This document shows positions 40,473-44,234 of a DNA stretch of 44,234 nt, one piece after another (the first letter of the stretch is position 1; each line of letters opens with the position of its first letter). This DNA is from an uncultured Marinilabiliaceae bacterium (GTDB taxonomy: Bacteria > Bacteroidota > Bacteroidia > Bacteroidales > Marinilabiliaceae). The stretch lies in assembly GCA_964532085.1 (NCBI GenBank), contig CAZHHH010000001.1, forward strand, positions 16,546-60,779, read 5' to 3'. A program made the position numbers and the translations under genes. Below the pieces are notes generated by a model. That model saw only the letters and a program-made list of their open reading frames with translations, made no database searches and had not been told where the DNA came from.

Positions 40473-42701
40473 TTAAATTTCCTCTACCCAATTTTTCATT
40501 TTACTCTCAAAAGTCTTTTTTATGTCTGCCACATAACCATAAGATTCATCATCAATTCGAATTTCTCCTTTAGTTACATGTCCTAAAATAGAAAACGGGT
40601 GTTTTTGTTCAATCATATAGTCAATAAATGCTGTTTCTTTTTCTGCAGATACAGAAACAACAACTCTACTTTGCGATTCCCCAAACAGAAAAGCATCTTT
40701 TCTTATTTCAGCATCAGTTGTTACATCAAACCCAAACTCTAAAGGCACAGCACACTCCAGCAGTGTAAAAAATAGACCTCCATTTGATACGTCATGAACA
40801 GAGCGCACTAACTTTTCATTAATTACTTTTGAAATAATATCTTGCAATTGCCTCTCTTCCTCTGCATCATAATATGGTGGTATTGACTCATTTATATCAT
40901 ATACTTTCCTAATATATTCTGAGCCATTTATATCATTTCTTGACTTTCCTATCAAGAAAATCATATCTCCTTTATGTCTAAATGATAATGTTGTATGCAT
41001 TGATGAATCATTTAAAACACCCACCATTCCTATTATTGGAGATGGTGTTATAGGTAGTATTTCTCCATCTTTTGATCTATGATTATAGAAACTTACATTA
41101 CCACTTATTACTGGCACATCAAAAAATTCACAAGCCTTTGCTATCCCTTTTATTGATGCTACAAAATCTCCATAAGCTTTTGGGTCTTTAGGATTTCCAA
41201 AGTTTAAACAATCTGAAACAGCCAAAGGAGTTGCACCAGCACAAACTATGTTTCTCGCAGCTTCTGCCACTGCTATTTGTGCTCCTACATAAGGATCAAC
41301 AGTCATATATCCTGGATTACAATCCATTGTTGCTGCCAAGGCTTTACCTTTTGGCTCAATCTCAATCAATGAGGCATCTGATGGATATCTTAAACTCAAA
41401 TCCTGAGAACGAAGCTCTGGTGAATATTGTTCTTGAATCCACTTTTTAGAGACTAAATTATATGATTCTAAAAGACTCCTAACTGTAGCAGGATAATGGT
41501 CCGGCTCTTGAACACTTTCAACTTCTATATCCTTAGATTTATCAATTTCTGGTAATTTAAACTCTGGTTTATAAGTTGGGGTTTTTCCACCAAAACCTAA
41601 GTAGTCAACAGGTAATTCAGCTAATAGTTTATCATTTTCATAAAGAGAAAAAAGTTTATCTTCAGTGACCTCTCCTAGAACTCCATAAGAGAGTTCATAT
41701 TTTTCAACTATCTCTTTTATTAAATCTCCCTTTTCTGGCGAAATGCAAAGTAATATTCTTCCCCACGTTTCAGAAACTAAAACATCTCGTGATGACATTC
41801 CTTCAATTTCTGTTGGAATATTTTCTGTTGATAGTTTTATTCCAGATTTACCTCTACGAACCATCTCAACCACAGCTCCAACAATCCCCTGTCCGCCAAC
41901 CCCCTGAATACCAATAGTAAGTTTGCTATCAATTAACTCTTGTATCAATTGATAAAGCGCTTTTTCTAACTCAACACTTCTTAAATAACTATTTAAAACA
42001 TGGGAAGTTTCTTTATCATTATAAATTCCCACACTAAATGGATCTCCTTCTACTCCTTCGCTACCTGTTGGAACACCGACAACCACAACTATGTTACCAC
42101 TTCCTTTTGCAACTGCCGAAATAATATTTTCTTTTTTTGTTACACCAACCACCATATTATTCACAACTGGCGCACTATTAAAGCCATCTGCAAAAAACAG
42201 TTCACCTCCAACTACTGGAACTTCAAAAGAGTTCTCAAAATCAGAAAATCCTTTTATAACCTCGTGAAATAACCACTTTGCAGTTTCGCGCTCATCATTA
42301 CCAAATCGTAATGAATTTAAAAAAGCTAAAGGCTTAGCTCCCATCGTAAAAATATCTCTTGTCACTACTCTTAGCCCTGTGGATGCACCCAAACGAGGCT
42401 GAATTGCACAAGGATGATTGTGCGACTCAACTTTAAATGAACAGACTAACCCATTACCAATATCTATTACACCACTACTCTCTTCACCTGCCTCTACTAT
42501 TACTTTATCAGATTTTTTTGGAAGTATCTGAAGCCAATGATTTGAGTGTTTGTAGCTAGCGTGCTCTGACCACAAAATGGAAAAAAACTCTAATTCAACA
42601 ATATTAGGTCGTCTTCCTAATATCTCTTGTATATTTTCAAACTCTTTAGAAGTAAGATTAAAAGACTCTGCATCGTATTCTGAAGCAATAAGTGTTGTCA
42701 T
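40473..42701 (-). CDS. purL: Small-type FGAM synthase PurL, divergent in the N-terminal catalytic half
   Basis: WSEH, KVESHNHP, RDIFTMGA, DCLNFGNP, SGNVSFYN, HDVSNGGL, LFGESQ; 742 aa. Confidence 0.8.
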   Translation of the reverse strand: MTTLIASEYDAESFNLTSKEFENIQEILGRRPNIVELEFFSILWSEHASYKHSNHWLQILPKKSDKVIVEAGEESSGVIDIGNGLVCSFKVESHNHPCAIQPRLGASTGLRVVTRDIFTMGAKPLAFLNSLRFGNDERETAKWLFHEVIKGFSDFENSFEVPVVGGELFFADGFNSAPVVNNMVVGVTKKENIISAVAKGSGNIVVVVGVPTGSEGVEGDPFSVGIYNDKETSHVLNSYLRSVELEKALYQLIQELIDSKLTIGIQGVGGQGIVGAVVEMVRRGKSGIKLSTENIPTEIEGMSSRDVLVSETWGRILLCISPEKGDLIKEIVEKYELSYGVLGEVTEDKLFSLYENDKLLAELPVDYLGFGGKTPTYKPEFKLPEIDKSKDIEVESVQEPDHYPATVRSLLESYNLVSKKWIQEQYSPELRSQDLSLRYPSDASLIEIEPKGKALAATMDCNPGYMTVDPYVGAQIAVAEAARNIVCAGATPLAVSDCLNFGNPKDPKAYGDFVASIKGIAKACEFFDVPVISGNVSFYNHRSKDGEILPITPSPIIGMVGVLNDSSMHTTLSFRHKGDMIFLIGKSRNDINGSEYIRKVYDINESIPPYYDAEEERQLQDIISKVINEKLVRSVHDVSNGGLFFTLLECAVPLEFGFDVTTDAEIRKDAFLFGESQSRVVVSVSAEKETAFIDYMIEQKHPFSILGHVTKGEIRIDDESYGYVADIKKTFESKMKNWVEEI

Positions 42702-42818
42702 AGTAATATCTTTAAGTTTATCTGTTCTATTTTTTTATTTATAAAATAGCTTTGTATATTTATTTAGATGAAAATAGTAAAAAACATCAATTCTACCAAC
42801 ATCATAACAAAAAACAAA

Positions 42819-43574
42819 ATGAAAAAGAATATATTAATAACAGGGGCAACATCTGGAATCGGCAAAGCTACTGCAAAATTATTAGCAAGTGGCAATTATA
42901 ACTTAATTATAACAGGTCGAAGAAAAAACAAATTAGAAGAACTAAAAGAAGAGCTTTCTAGTAACAATTTAGAAATAAGAACCTTAACATTTGACATTAG
43001 AAACAAGAAAGAGGTTGAAGATGCTTGGAATAGTTTGTCAACAGAACAGCAAAAAATCGATGTATTAATAAATAACGCTGGTTTAGCACTTGGTGCAGAC
43101 CCCATTCAAGACGGAGATGAAAATGATTGGGAACAGATGATTGATACTAATATTAAAGGAATTTTAAATATTTCAAAATTAGTTATTCCTAAAATGATTG
43201 AACAAAAAAGTGGACATATAATAAATTTAAGTTCAATTGCTGGGAAAGAGGTTTATGCTACAGGGAATGTATATTGTGCTACAAAACATGCTGTAGATGC
43301 GCTTACAAAAGGAATGCGCATTGATTTGCTGCCCCATAATATAAAAGTTTCGTCTATAGCGCCAGGTATGGTTGAGACAGAGTTTTCAATTGTTAGATAT
43401 CATGGCAATAAAGAGAAAGCTGACAATGTATATAAAGGTTTAACTCCTCTTTATGCTGAAGATGTTGCAGAAGCAATAGAGTTTATGATAACTCGTCCAG
43501 CTCACGTCAACATTAATGATATGCTTATAATGCCAACTAGGCAAGCAAGCAGCACATATAATTATAGAGATTAA
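42819..43574 (+). CDS. SDR-family NAD(P)-dependent oxidoreductase (YdfG-like)
   Basis: TGATSGIG, NNAGLALG, YCATK, PGMVETEFS; ATG 42819 preferred over 42768. Confidence 0.92.
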   Translation: MKKNILITGATSGIGKATAKLLASGNYNLIITGRRKNKLEELKEELSSNNLEIRTLTFDIRNKKEVEDAWNSLSTEQQKIDVLINNAGLALGADPIQDGDENDWEQMIDTNIKGILNISKLVIPKMIEQKSGHIINLSSIAGKEVYATGNVYCATKHAVDALTKGMRIDLLPHNIKVSSIAPGMVETEFSIVRYHGNKEKADNVYKGLTPLYAEDVAEAIEFMITRPAHVNINDMLIMPTRQASSTYNYRD

Positions 43575-43580
43575 AAAAAC

Positions 43581-43612
43581 AAAAGCTGTCAACTTTTAAA
43601 TTGACAGCTTTT
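43581..43612. terminator. Bidirectional terminator between SDR and dps
   Basis: AAAAGCTGTCAA-N8-TTGACAGCTTTT. Confidence 0.85.
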
Positions 43613-43633
43613 ATTATATGTTTTAAACAAATA

Positions 43634-44113
43634 TTATTTTGCGAAAGAATAAAGTAACCATACTACTTTTTCTTGCCCAGTAATATAATCACTCATCTGT
43701 GCAGCAGTACCTTCGTCATCTGCTTCTCCTGCCATTTCTAAAATCTCTCTTTCAAGAGCAATTAGTTGACCTAAGTTATTAAGAGTAGCTTCAACTGTAG
43801 ATTTTGCATCAGTCAAATTCTTTTCAGCTTTAATAGTTGCTGTTTTAATATAATCTTCGAAAGTATGAATTGGTGTTCCTCCAATTGTTAAAATTCTCTC
43901 TGCAATTTCATCAATTTTATCAACAGCATCGTCATATAACTCCTCAAACTTTTCATGTAAAACAAAGAATTTCTCACCTAAAATAGTCCAGTGAAAACCT
44001 CTCAGATTCTGATAATACATTTGATAGTCTGCAAGAAGCTGATTTAATTTTCCTGCAATTTCAGCTGATTCCTTCTCTTTTAATCCTAAAATATCTGTTA
44101 TCTTTTTCATCAT
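43634..44113 (-). CDS. dps: DNA starvation/stationary phase protection protein Dps
   Basis: FHW..G..FFVLHEKFEELY..DEIAERI, DEGT, EK..W. Confidence 0.95.
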   Translation of the reverse strand: MMKKITDILGLKEKESAEIAGKLNQLLADYQMYYQNLRGFHWTILGEKFFVLHEKFEELYDDAVDKIDEIAERILTIGGTPIHTFEDYIKTATIKAEKNLTDAKSTVEATLNNLGQLIALEREILEMAGEADDEGTAAQMSDYITGQEKVVWLLYSFAK

Positions 44114-44234
44114 ATAAAATTAGATACTTTGAATATTAGTATGCTTATTCAAAGTGGTTTATGGTAATGTGCATACACATTTTCATTTTGAGTTATCAAA
44201 TATACTAAAAAATATAAAAAAATTCAAATAGATA

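Noticed and set aside
15388-43105. Remaining short track ORFs inside the cassette, rpoBC, rplL/K, nusG, tuf, xerC, SNF, fba, ubiE, purL and SDR
   Set aside because: All overlap confident genes, mostly on the opposite strand; typical codon-bias shadows.

Overview
AT-rich chromosomal window from a Bacteroidota bacterium (Bacteroidales/Marinilabiliales-like, judged from gene order, porT and TAnnTTTG promoters). Most of it is core genome: rpsU-xerC-hpf-tRNA(Gly)-tRNA(Thr)-tuf-tRNA(Trp)-secE-nusG-rplKAJL-rpoBC, then comEA-like, SNF transporter, fba, tamL-like, trmH-like, porT, ubiE/menG, a divergent purL, an SDR and dps. The left 17 kb is more accessory. It has a CzcA/CusA-type RND efflux operon led by a His/Cys-rich leader gene ending in an RGPP arrest-like motif. 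Next is a 4.5-7.8 kb patch of mobile/defence debris: a MITE-like element, two orphan antitoxin fragments, a REP-like double hairpin cluster, and a 5'-truncated YhcG/DUF1016 nuclease that shares a CTCTCA-N7-TGAGAG palindrome with an extragenic copy of part of itself. Then come a hemerythrin/PAS protein, a Schlafen AlbA_2 gene overlapping hrpB, a 36-28-36 bp repeat-spacer-repeat at the hrpB/GH3 junction, and a lipoprotein-DUF4249-TonB receptor cassette between rpoC and DUF3467. Family calls come from motif recognition by eye; no database searches were run.
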